From: Amoebidium appalachense
Taxonomy: Eukaryota; Protista; Ichthyosporea
Direction of reading: 5' to 3'
Length of the DNA stretch: 64,000 nucleotides
NCBI GenBank assembly: GCA_963693365.1
Contig: CAVNZM010000008.1
Span: 9,546,196-9,610,195 of the forward strand
In this document: piece after piece, positions 23,828-50,450 of the stretch
Numbering within the stretch: the first letter of the stretch is position 1
How the letters are laid out: each line of letters starts with the position of its first letter
The notes under the pieces: generated by a model
The model's database searches: none
The model's input: the letters and a program-made list of their open reading frames with translations, nothing else
What the model was told of the DNA's origin: nothing
Program-made: the position numbers and the translations under genes

Positions 23828-24645
23828 AAAAATCACCCACACACCCACACGTGCCAACATACACTATCCTCCCCGTGAGTGGCATGCCAGTCTCCCCAGC
23901 CCCCCTGCTCCCCTGCCCCCCTGCCCCCCTGCCCCCCTGCCCCCCTGCTCCCCTGCCACATGCACACCCACACACTGGGTGGCCCCCCTGCCCCCCTGCC
24001 TGCCGGAACCAGGCCCCCCAGTGGTGGCATTCCAACACGTGCATGCTAGAAGATCGCGCTACATGAACAAATGGTCTTAACTCAGCCATACATGGGGGAT
24101 AGATAGTATCACACAACCATGGTTCCCCCACTCTCCCCAGCCTCCTGTGCACGTGTGCCTCCCCTGCTCCTGTGCCCCCCCTGCTGCCGGAACCACGGCC
24201 CCCAGTGGTGGCATTCCAACACGTGCATGCCATGGTTCCCCCACCCCCCCCAGCCTGCTGCACAGGCAACATACACTATGCATACATAATATTTATCCAC
24301 GCTGTGGGTGGCTCGCCAGTCTCGCCTGCTCCTCTGCCTCCTCTGCCTCCCGTCCTGCCGGAACCAGGCCCCAGTGGTGGCAGTGAGTGTCTTACATGCT
24401 AGTGATTTGCTATTATATGGCCACATGGCCAGATGGCCAGATCATTTTGACTCCCCGTTTTATCCCGTTTTATCCCGTTTTATCCACCTCTTTTCACACA
24501 CTGAATTTGATCTGGTCATCTGGCCATCTGGGTATAAACCGTTTTCTGTTCTAATATTGGAGAACTGTCGATAGTGATAGAAAATGTCATTGGAAGAACA
24601 ATCGGGAAATCCCGCGGTGTGACAACCAATCAGAATGAAGCAATA

Positions 24646-25038
24646 TTGGGATATTCGGGTTGGTTGTAAGGTTTTCCGGATCGGGCCGAAGGCCCTAACG
24701 GGCCGCAGGCCCGCCTATTGGGCCGCCAGGCCCTAGGCCGCCAGGCCTGGGGCCCCGGGGACCGGGGGCCTCCCCACCCCCGCGAGCCACCCCCGGCCCG
24801 ACCCCGGCCCGGCCCGGCCCGCGGGGGAGGGGGTTAGCAGAGTCTGCTAACCCCCCTCCCCCGCGGGCCGGGCCGGGCCGGGTCGGGCCGGGGGTGGCTC
24901 GCGGGGGTGGGGAGGCCCCCGGTCCCCGGGGCCCCAGGCCTGGCGGCCTAGGGCCTGGCGGCCCAATAGGCGGGCCTGCGGCCCGTTAGGGCCTTCGGCC
25001 CGATCCGGAAAACCTTACAACCAACCCGAATATCCCAA
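24646..25038. repeat. 393-bp GC-rich palindrome (196-bp arms, centre at 24842)
   Basis: TTGGGATATTCGGGTTGG...GGGGGTTAGCAGA-G-TCTGCTAACCCCC...CCAACCCGAATATCCCAA. The arms differ only by small homopolymer-length indels. Confidence 0.97.
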
Positions 25039-25602
25039 AAGTAAAATTTGGTTGAAATCGTTCAATCTATTTGATACCATTTTTGGAAATGGGTGTAAAA
25101 TTCCACCAATCTAAGCTCGCCGCTAGATCTATTACCATTTTGGACTATTTTTGTCCAATCCGTAAAGATTGTTTAAAATAATAAAAATAATATAGTAAAA
25201 TTGGTTGATAAGATGGCTAATGGTTTAGTGTATTTACATTGCCTTTTATGGTTTTGCTAAGCTTCCATTGATTGGATTTTATGTCTCTAACACAAACACA
25301 CATGTGCACACATGCACACTGCACACACACGCACACACGCAGACACATGTGCACGCACACACACACGCACACACACACACACGCAAACACACGCACATGT
25401 ACACAACACGCATGCACGCACGCGCACACGCACACACACACACAAACAAACACGCACACAAACACACCCACGCGTGCACTCACAGTATCATAATAAAATA
25501 TGAGATCAATCTGAATGTATTGTAAACGCCGTCATGCGCACACGTGCACATGCATGCACGGTTTTTTGAATCCAAGCAGCGCGATATGAAACACACACAC
25601 GT

Positions 25603-25687
<85 letters not shown>

Positions 25688-25755
25688 TGTACACACACAC
25701 ACACAGAAACAGTACAGTGGCACACGCACATTGCCACACACAGTACACGCGCACA

Positions 25756-25885
<130 letters not shown>

Positions 25886-27566
25886 CACACACACACAGAA
25901 ACAGTACAGTGGCATGGCACACGCACAGTGCCACACACAGTACACGCACACACACACACGCACACACCGTCACACACACACACACACACGCACACACATG
26001 TACACATACATATACGTATACACATATACTAACACGCTATTCATGATTGCAATGCCACTTATGCCATGAAGCAAACACACAGTTACGAAGTTGATTCAAT
26101 AACACATACTATCACACAGACCACACACAGACACATGGTGACACAGCACACAAAACACACAGGCCGAAACCCGTGTGGGCATAATAATGACGTTTCCCGG
26201 GCGGGCACTACAATGAAGCACTGATCGCGAAATGATAATCTGATACTATACTTTTTATAAGGTGGTGGATACGTATTATGTACGGAGGCGCCGGCCAGGT
26301 CCAGGGATGCTTGCATTCACCCCCATGGCCATGCATCCCCCCCCCCCCCCCCCCCCCCCCCCCCCACCCACCCCCACCACCCCGGCCCTCCCCCCCAAAC
26401 ACACACACACACACACACACACATAAAATAAAAGGAATATACACACAAAATAAAAGGAATACACAATGAAATCAAATGGCACTGTGACATGGGTGCACGT
26501 TCTTGCTGAGTTGCCCACCGTACTAGTGGGACACACTTGATGAAACTCAGAGCACTCAAATTTTGTCCACGCCACCACTACTTAGCTACCACTACTTCCA
26601 TGTTATCATTCATTTTGACCGCTACTCATGTATACAATGACCAAGATCACTAACGGCCGTTTTTTATTAGTCGTATTTACACAACAGGCTTGGCGTCCAG
26701 ACCCTATGATCACATGACTAACATTGCTTTGTCGACCTCGTCTCTAAACTGCAGTCCTATAAATTCCGCATTCATCAAATCTCCACAGCAGTGTCATCCA
26801 CAGTGTTATAGCACAAAATTACAGGTTAAAAACGCAAGTTTAAGTGTATAGATATCAACTACAGGCCCAGTTTGGCATTAAAAATATCGTTCGCAAAGGG
26901 ATTACTGATACAAGCATGATATTGGAAAAATTTCCTACATGCACATGGCCGAAAGAGCGACTCTCGAGAACAATCTTACTTAGTCCCGGCATACATTTCT
27001 CTGTTGAAAGACACAGGTACATATGTACACTCAAAAGCGGCAGCACCGAACAACACGGCCATCAAAATGGGACAACATGGTGCACATTCAACACTTTTCA
27101 TCAAAATTCCTGCATTCTTGCAATACATTCCACGTGCCGCATGAATCTCCCATTTTCAAATCATCTCTTCATACATGGTATTGGCCACCTATTGAAAACC
27201 GTCAACAATCATAGAAGCAACCAAGAACTGAACTGCGCACGTTTAACAATTACGAAATATTAATATGTGGGTGGTTGTGTGTGGGGTGTGTGTGTGTGTG
27301 TGCGTGTGTGTGTGTGTGCGCGGGTGCGTGTGCACGGATGTGTGCACGTCGCGGGCGCGTGTGTGTACTTTTGTTTGTGCAACATAGGTTTGTCCGCTGA
27401 GCCCCCCTCCTCATTGGCCCCGTAATATTATGTGCTTTTAGAATATAGCGTATGCGCATTCCTAACGATCTCATTTTTGCCAACGGCTTCAATCATCATG
27501 TCTCCCCCATACGCTATCAGTGCCCTGTCCCGCTCACCCAAATCACGTTTCTTTCTTTTTTTTTTT

Positions 27567-27597
<31 letters not shown>

Positions 27598-27611
27598 GGA
27601 GGGGGGCCAAT

Positions 27612-41374
<13,763 letters not shown>

Positions 41375-43156
41375 TGCGCGCGCGCGTGTGTGCATCCGTG
41401 AGTGTGTGTGTCCGTGCATAAGTGCGTGCATGCAAGCAGGCAGGCTTGAGTGCGTGTGTGTGCCTGGAGCGTGTGTGTGTATGTGTGTGTATGTATGTGT
41501 GCTTGTGTGTGTATATGTTTGTGTGTTTGTGTGTGTGCTTGTGTATGTGTGCTTGTGTGTGTGGGCGCGGGAACAAGTGTGCGTGGGATATTTGTGTGAG
41601 GGGTTGGGCTGCAAACAAAAACATAACCTGTATATAGAAGTAATCAAAAAGGGAAACAACGGTGAAGCAGAGAGCGGAAACCAAATAATGTGCGGGCAAG
41701 AGATTCTTAAACAGAGCCTATCATCAAGAGGGGGCGGGTCAGCCGTCAGGTTGTGGCTTACATGTATTTGTGTGTTGAATGTTGGCAAACGTAGAAGCAA
41801 GGGTACTAAAAAAACCTACAAAAGTTCAAACATAGTCCAGAAATCAATACATTTTTGCAGGTAGAAGAAGTTGAACAGAGCCTATCGGCCATTAGGTGGG
41901 ACGGCGGTTGTTGAGGGGAGGACGGGGAAGGGGGGAGGGAGGGAGGGGGAAGGGGGAGCGAGAGGGGGGGAGTGCGAGAGCGGGGGGGGGGGGGGGGAGG
42001 AGGGGGGGGGGGTGGGGAAGGGGGGGGGGAGGGGGAGGAGGGGGGGGGGGGGAAGGGGTGGGTGGGGGGGTGGGGGGCGGGGGGCGGGAGAGGGGAGAGG
42101 GGGGGGGGAGGGGGAGGGAGGAGGGGGGAAGAGGGGGGAGGGGGGGGGAGGGGGGGGATCTCAGGTGACATGTAGCAGGTAGGACGCATGCAGGGATGGC
42201 TGCTGTGAGTTTGCAGATTCGTCTAGAGAGTGTCTCATAAATATGTGTGCTTGCACACGTGACTGTATATGAATGCACACATACAGGGTGGTCACAACGT
42301 GTGCAGGAGGATGTAGAAAAAGATGCACACACACACACAAACACACAAACACACACAGGCACACATACAAGCACACACATGTGCACGCTCAGACGTGCAG
42401 AAGAGCACACACAACCACCCAGACGTGCACACTCAGACACGCAGACGAACGCACACAGAGAGAGGGACACAAAGATTCCCACCAAGACACAAACACACTA
42501 ACAAAAAGATCCAGACACTGGCTTCTTTTATACAGGCACACACACGCACACTCATACACATACGTAAACACGGACACACTAATACATGCGTACACGCACT
42601 CACATGCATACACACACACACAGACACAGAAAGACACACACAAGCACACACACACACACAGACAGACACGCAAACACAACACATGCACACACAAACTCAA
42701 GAGAATCGTACCAACAGACACACACGTAAAATACAGCCAACTATAGCCGAAAATGAGGCAAACCAGCATAACTTCTGACACTAAACATACCCAGGCTCAC
42801 AGGCTGTGTGCTTGCCCCCATGTCGTAAGACATCCTCATGCTTCCCCTTCAACTGCTCATGAAGAAGAATTGACTCTTGCAATTGCGGTGTTTCTCAATG
42901 TAATTTACGGGCACAAGAAGAAATATCTGCTTTTCTTGTTTTTAAGAATTCACCCTGTCAAAGTGACAAAACATGCGCCCACGAATCCACATACACTTGG
43001 TGCACAAGTTGCAGATAAAGTTGGATCTAAGAATATCAAAGTGCGAGACCACCCTCGCGTGCTAACATACATGTGAAGAGCGTATGGCAAGTTTGCAACC
43101 CGTTGGGGAAGGGAATACGGAATATGAGAAGATGAGTTTTAACCCCTGTAGTTTGC

Positions 43157-44687
43157 ACGGTCTAAAGAAATCATGTCTTAGTCTTGACTGAAGGCATGGA
43201 TTAGAAAAACGATTGTTTTTGTTGCTTCTGTTAGTTGAAATTTACGGTGTGGGAATATGCGTTGGTAGGTTAAGAACGAACGTCCGTCCCAATTACTACC
43301 ACTTAGTAAATCAGTAAACCACCCATATTGTTAGCATGATATATCCATGAATACATGTTCATCCTCATGTAAACAGGAGGAGTCCTTACTTTCAAACTGA
43401 AAACTCAAGAGTGACAGACAGAGCCCAGTGAGAGAGACTCACTGCCAGCTAGACTCAGATTCGAAGTTCGCTGTTGAAATGCGCCGTCTCCCTATATCAC
43501 CGATTCCCTATACTCGCGGGCCTAAGGACAATTCTTTTTAAAATGACTTTATTGCAGGGCAGGAAATTACACTGTTTTCGGAAGTAAGTATACCGTTAAT
43601 TTTCAGAAGTACCAGTAAAGCCGGGACTTAGTTCCACCTGAGTTGGAGGTTTGGGAAGTACAAAGGAAAGTCCCCCCTTCCCCCCCCCCCCCCCCCCACC
43701 CCTTCTCCCCCACCGCCCGAAGCTGGAACTCTCGGTTTTTTCCTGGGAAAACGCTGGAACTTGCAATAACGCAAAAAGTTATCTCAATACCGCATTTATC
43801 ACATGACCGGTACCAGTCCATCAACCGGACAAGGCATATGGAAAATTAGTGACACGATAGATAGAGGAGAGCTAGCTTACGGTGCCGCCCTTCTAGCTAA
43901 TACGTGGAGTGCCGTCTCCAGAGATAGTATAGTGTGAAGCGTTTTCTGACACTAACCTGCATTTTCCATATGCCTTGTCCGGATATGGACTGGTCATGTG
44001 ATAAATGCGGTATTGAGATAACTTTTTGCGTTATTGCAAGTTCCAGCGTTTTCCCAGGAAAAAACCGAGAGTTCAGCTTCGAGCGGTGGGGGAGAAGGGG
44101 GGGGGGGGGGGGGGGGGGGGTGCGCGGGGGAGAGGGGGGGGACTATCCTTTTTATTTACTTCCCAAGCCTCCAACTCAGGTGGAACTAAGTCCCAGGCTT
44201 TACTGGTACTTTCTGAAAATTAACGGTATATTTATTTCCGAAAACAGTGTAATTTCCTGCCCTGCAATAAAGTCATTTTAAAAAAATTGTCCTTGGGCCC
44301 GCGAGCATAGGGATTTTTTCATTTTTTTTTTCATAGGGAATCGGTGATATAGGGAGATATCGCATTTCAACAGCGAACTTCGAATCTGAGTCTAGCTGGC
44401 AGTGAGTCTCTCTCACTGGGCTCTGTCTGTCACTCTTGAGTTTTCAGTTTGAAAGTAAGGACTCCTCCTGTTTACATGAGGATGAACATGTATTCATGGA
44501 TATATCATGCTAACAATATGGGTGGTTTACTGATTTACTAAGTGGTAGTAATTGGGACGGACGTTCGTTCTTAACCTACCAACGCATATTCCCACACCGT
44601 AAATTTCAAGTAACAGGAGCAACAAAAACAATCGTTTTTCTAACCCATGCCTTCAGTCAAGACTAAGACATGATTTCTTTAGACCGT
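43157..44687. mobile_element. Foldback element: ~690-730-bp inverted arms (43157-43846 / 43961-44687) with a 114-bp spacer
   Basis: ACGGTCTAAAGAAATCATGTCTTAGTCTTGACTGAAGGCATGG... pairs with ...CCATGCCTTCAGTCAAGACTAAGACATGATTTCTTTAGACCGT. The arms are colinear apart from a few indels. No ORF and no clear TSD. Confidence 0.88.
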
Positions 44688-46011
44688 AAGGCACATGGGG
44701 TTGGCACCCAGACTATTAATAAAGTCTTCACACTATTGAGTCGTCACTCAAACCCTTATTATCCCGCGCTGCCTCATCCCGCGCTGCCTCATGTCTGCAG
44801 CAATACACAAGTACGACAGCTAGTGACTGCAACCTAACACTAACGTAGCTAAGGTGATCAAGCTTATCCACAAAGGTGCTGAATATCCTGCAAGTGTGTG
44901 TGACGGCACACACACACTGACCATCACAAGTGTCGGGGGTGACCTACAAATGACGGCACACTCGTATTTAATGACTGTCGAGCCCAGAGGTACTGTCCAG
45001 ACAGTAGCTGCTTATATACGAAGGCAAGTACACTTGTGCTCTCTTTTGTGGTCCTGGTGCTCTCGGGAACTTCACCAGAATCTAAACAGATTCAGCCCGG
45101 GATCTAAGTGGTGCGTAGCTAGCCAATCGGAGCTAACAACGGTGCGAGCCCTAGTGGCCATAATCGGAGCCCGGATAGCCGGACGCAATCTGATCGGATA
45201 GCCAAGTGACTAAGAAACAAACGTATTTACACAGATCTCTCTAACCAAAAACACCTAAAATAGAACTAAGGAGTGAGTGAGATATCATTACACACATTAT
45301 TTATTCTGACAGTTAGGTTATCCACTCAATATCAAATTGTGTCTGCTCTCTGGACTTGTTGCATTTTGTATTACAATTGCATTCAATCTACAAATTTATA
45401 GAGATGGCATACAAAGTGCATACATAAACCCCAAAATATAAAGATTATCAGTTTTTATTGAGACGAGATAATTAACTCAAAACAAATCCTGTTTTGTAAG
45501 TAACTTTTTCAAACATTCTCGGCCCTTAGTGGCGGGAAGAAGGCACTCTACGGTTATTTTTAGTATTATAGGCCATGTACTGACTATTACACCTTTGTGT
45601 CGATTACAACGCTTGAATCTCTATCGGTTGAATAACTTCACAAATCCTGCCAATAGAGAACAGTTCAATATTTAAATATCCAACCTTCGTTAGGGGGATT
45701 ATCAGTTGAATAACGATTGGCTGGATCTACGGTCAGATTGATTGGTCCCCTGAACATTCCCGCTTAGATCCAAAGAGGCAGGACTCAAGTCAGGAGCTCC
45801 GAGTCCGAGCTTCCCTTTTGAAAGGTTTGATTCAAAACCTTCTAAGTTTATTCAGTACTGCTGCCTAGTAGTGAGTACCAGCCCCATGGGACCTATATAT
45901 CTACATTATAGACTGAGCCCACCAGACAGACGTGGCAGAACGATCGGTCTATACTATCTACAAAGGATAAGGAGAGGGTTTGATTCTCGCTGGCTGTGGC
46001 ATGGTGTAGCT

Positions 46012-46042
<31 letters not shown>

Positions 46043-47284
46043 CTTCCCTTTTCCATACATTGGAGTTATAAGTTAAAAAAAGTTGCGCTAGCATTTCACA
46101 CTCACTAAATATCTATGTAAAAACATAAGGACAAAGCTGGAAGAGGTAGAGAATCGATCTACATATAGAGCTGGAGCTCCGAGAGAAGAGAGCTGCACGT
46201 GTACACGAACGTTGCCATGGCGTGTGTGTGCATCTGTGTGCGCGCGCGTGCCCGCGCCCGTGCGTGTGCGCGTGCTACGGCACTGCTGCCGTGTGTGTCT
46301 GTGTGTGTTTGTGTGTGGGTGTGGCGCACAGTGTGTACATATGTGTGCGTGTACACGTGTGTGTGTTGTGCGCTTCACATGTACAAATATATCTTTTCTT
46401 TGCACACACCGTATGCCAAGACGACGGCGGTATGGAATAAGGGGTATTAAAAACCGTAAAAATATGATAAGGTAATTTTCTTCCTTTCTTTTCACCGATG
46501 GGATGGGGTGGGGGGGGGTGGGGGTGGGGGGGAGGGGGGGGGGGGGGCTCCAAAGCTGCTAAAAGAGAAGAAGGGGAGAAGCGCTGAGCCGGAAGATTTC
46601 GGGGCACTGATCTTGCAAGCCAACCCCCCCCCCCCCCCCCCCCCCCCGCTCCCCCCCCCCCCCCCCCCCCCCCCCCCCACAACCCAAAATCACATACACA
46701 CACTCACTCACACACTGACTGTAAATGGTCCGTAAGCCGGGATACACGCACACTAACGCACGTGCAAACATGTGCATGATCCTGAAGAAGGCATGCTTGG
46801 GCAACATAAAATTTTCTCTCCGGACTATTCCTGTTGCTAAACGGAGACAATAAGTATCTTAATTACTTTCTATACACCAAACAAAACAACAGCTTTGAAC
46901 GGGACAACCACTTAGGGACATTTTCAAAACGGGGGAAAAGAAAAGAAAAAAAAAACAACAAAGAAAAGGGGTGCATTCAGTGCGCTATTTTGGACTATTG
47001 GTAACGTTTTAAAGATTACAGAATGCATGTGCATGACTCAGTATGATGTGCTTTCCATCCAGGGCCTACCCACACTCTGGACAGTGAAACTGTGCATACT
47101 GTTGCCTACGGCATAGCAACAGGGTATCATCCACTGTATTGGCCGCAAACACGTATCCCCCCCCCCCCCCCCAAAAAAAAAAAAAAATAAAAAAAATAAA
47201 AAAACATCTTCCCCTGTGCATGCTTTGCAAACCCAGAAAATGTCCCCTGGGACAGGCCCGTCCCTGGGAGGGCAGAGGGGGGGT

Positions 47285-47452
<168 letters not shown>

Positions 47453-47670
47453 GTGTGTGCGCCTGCGCGCTTGTGTGCGTGTGTGATGTACAAAGCCCCA
47501 CAGACCCTCCACACCACACAAGACTGTCCTCAGACACTTGTAGCCTACGGCGTAACCTTCGGAATCGTAAATCGCATAATCGGGTATCCAAATAAGCATC
47601 CTATTTACAAAAGATTAGAGTTCTCCGCACAAGTGTGTGTGTGCTGTTTGCACACACACACGTACACACA

Positions 47671-47728
<58 letters not shown>

Positions 47729-47738
47729 CCGTGACACA

Positions 47739-47828
<90 letters not shown>

Positions 47829-48164
47829 GTCACACAACACACACATATTCATGCACACATACACACACGCACACAGACGCACACACACGAACACACACAA
47901 CACGCGCACAAGAACACACAAAACACGAGGACGCAAGCACACCCATACCCAAAATACACACACACAAGCACAAACACCATGCACAAACACATAGACACGC
48001 GCACAAAACCTACACGCATGTGCATGCACACACACACTTGTACTATGTGAAAATTATGGTCTTTCAATCATGATTAACGGGCAAAACCATGATTCATAGC
48101 ATCACACACATTATCAGACTCAAAACAGTGCCAGCATATTAGCAACACAGTGTCAAAGGGACGC

Positions 48165-48361
48165 TTGTGTTTATGCAAGCACACACGGATGAAGGCACGC
48201 TCTCCCAAGCCACGCACACAGGCAATCCAACGCTTAGCCTCCCCCCCCTCCTCCCCCCCCCCCCCCCTACTTCCCCCCTTATTGTGTTTATGCAAGCACA
48301 CACGGATGAAGGCACGCTCTCCCAAGCCACGCACACAGGCAATCCAACGCTTAGCCTCCCT
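48165..48361 (+). repeat. ~117-bp-period direct duplication
   Basis: TTGTGTTTATGCAAGCACACACGGATGAAGGCACGC...CTTAGCCTCCC occurs twice. Confidence 0.85.
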
Positions 48362-48375
48362 CCCCCTCCCCCCGG

Positions 48376-48417
<42 letters not shown>

Positions 48418-48919
48418 TTAATTAATTCTTCTCCCCCCCCCTCCCCCCGCCCGCCCTGCCCCCCCTTTGTGACACTCCTCCTCATTTCCGCTCGTTCTCA
48501 CACACGTGCACGCGTACATGCATGAATAGTCGTTTTTCAAATGCAACTCCCTCCTCTCCTCCCTCCCCTCCCCTTCAAACTAAGTCCTCGGTTTTTGAAC
48601 AGCATGGTCACCCGGCACTGCCAGTGTAGCACTGTCTCCTGACACTGCAAACTCCAGTTACATAAATTGATTTGATTTTTCGGCTTGCGCCATGCACTTC
48701 TTGCTCTAGCACACACACGACGCTGGCTACCGGCAGTGGCAGGGACCGGGCGACATAGCGTGTCACGTCCGTACCGAGCACCAATTATTTTCTTTAGTAT
48801 GAGCCTAACTTCTAGGGACGGTGGCCACTTATAGTTGTCTGCGTGCAACTGCATAAGTTGTGATGTACCCACGCTGTACATGCGTATTCTAGGAGACGGA
48901 TAACCCTCTTTCCCCCCCT

Positions 48920-48953
<34 letters not shown>

Positions 48954-50450
48954 CCCTCCCCATTCCCTCCCCGGGCCCCCTCTACACCACCTATGTACTT
49001 CACTCTCCTCTCCCCCGGGTTGTTGAAGGGTTAGGAAAAGGTTATGAACGGGGGGCCGGAGGGAAGCCGGGGCGAGGGGAGGGGGGAGGGGGAGGGCGGG
49101 GGGGAAGTGGGGGGGAGAGGGGGGGGGGGGGGGGGGGGGACTGGGTATGACGGGTTTGTTTATCCTTACAACCAATCAGGACACGCGACTGACGCTGGCT
49201 ACGATTGGCTATTGCGTTACCAAATAGGAGGATCCGAACTGCAGTATTCTACATGCCTCTTGAAGATGACGAGTCTGGTGTAATCCCCCTATACCTTCAT
49301 TATGGGGCCCTCGTGCGTCACTGAGGCAAGTGTGCCACGATATGATGAAATAGGCAAACCATGCATATATGTAGTTACCTGTCGTGCTATTTACATATAT
49401 AATAACTACAGATAAAAAGATCCAGATGTAACTCTTCTCAGCGGACTTGGAAATGGCAAAGAAACCTAAACGAATAGGTTGTCCTGATGTGATCTGGGGT
49501 CAGTTAGGAATTTATTCCTTATAAAATAATACATCGGTTCAGCAATCTCAGAACTTCGGCTTCTTTAAGCTGATGTGTTTATAAATAAATGTCCATAGTA
49601 TCACTTTGAATATTGTCTTTGTTTTAGTTGTAACACGTTTAGAAAGTTTCAGAATATTGCAGGCAGGTGTAAGTTACATTAGGCTGACAGGGCGACATGG
49701 AAAATTTGGAAAATAACTTGATCAAGAGGGATTTGTGGGTTTAGAATCTTCAAAGGGGATAACGCAGATATTGCAAGGGTGTGAAATTGCGCTCCTGGCT
49801 GACCCCTGAAAACTGCTGCAAAAGGGCTAAGCTCTGAATGCCTATCAAGCTTTAAGCCGTATAGGTGACCTTAGCAGTGAATTTATCATGTGCGAACGCG
49901 TTATAAAGCAGGACTCCTACATAACGGCCAATGTCTACCAGGTCGAGACGTTTCCAACAGCACCAGCAGTACCCATTTCGCACCCTGAATGCTCGTCAGC
50001 GATTGGCCAATTTCTTTTCCAATGAAAATTCGCATCAGAATACACCATTGACGTCATCATAGATCTCTCCCGCTATTCAACATTGATGACACCTGCAACG
50101 AATGTAAAACAAAGACTGCTATGATTATGGTTCATTAAATGACAAAAAAGGATTTTAGATACAGAGATTGAGCATAGTATTAGCTATTTTATTGCCACAA
50201 AGAGGGTATTGTCTTTCAGCTGAGACTGTAGACTCCATGTATTGCCTTCGAAAAAAGGCTATTGGGCTGGCGAATTAGACGTGTGACCAATCACTTTCGC
50301 GCTTCATCTTCTTTGGAATGCAATTGGAACGCATGAAGATGCAATATAAGGCTGCCGGAAACGGTATCACCCTCACTCTTTCATTGAGAGTGTGAATTGA
50401 AACTCGCGCACACGTACGGTCACGTGTCGCCCTTACACCTAAACACCAAC

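Larger units (their letters stand above)
6262..25038. mobile_element. Virus-like / giant mobile element segment (left part truncated, palindromic right end)
   Basis: Cluster of compact viral-type genes plus a KDM4-like gene, repeat arrays not seen in the host-like part of the window, and a 393-bp palindrome at the transition to host-like DNA. Confidence 0.65.
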
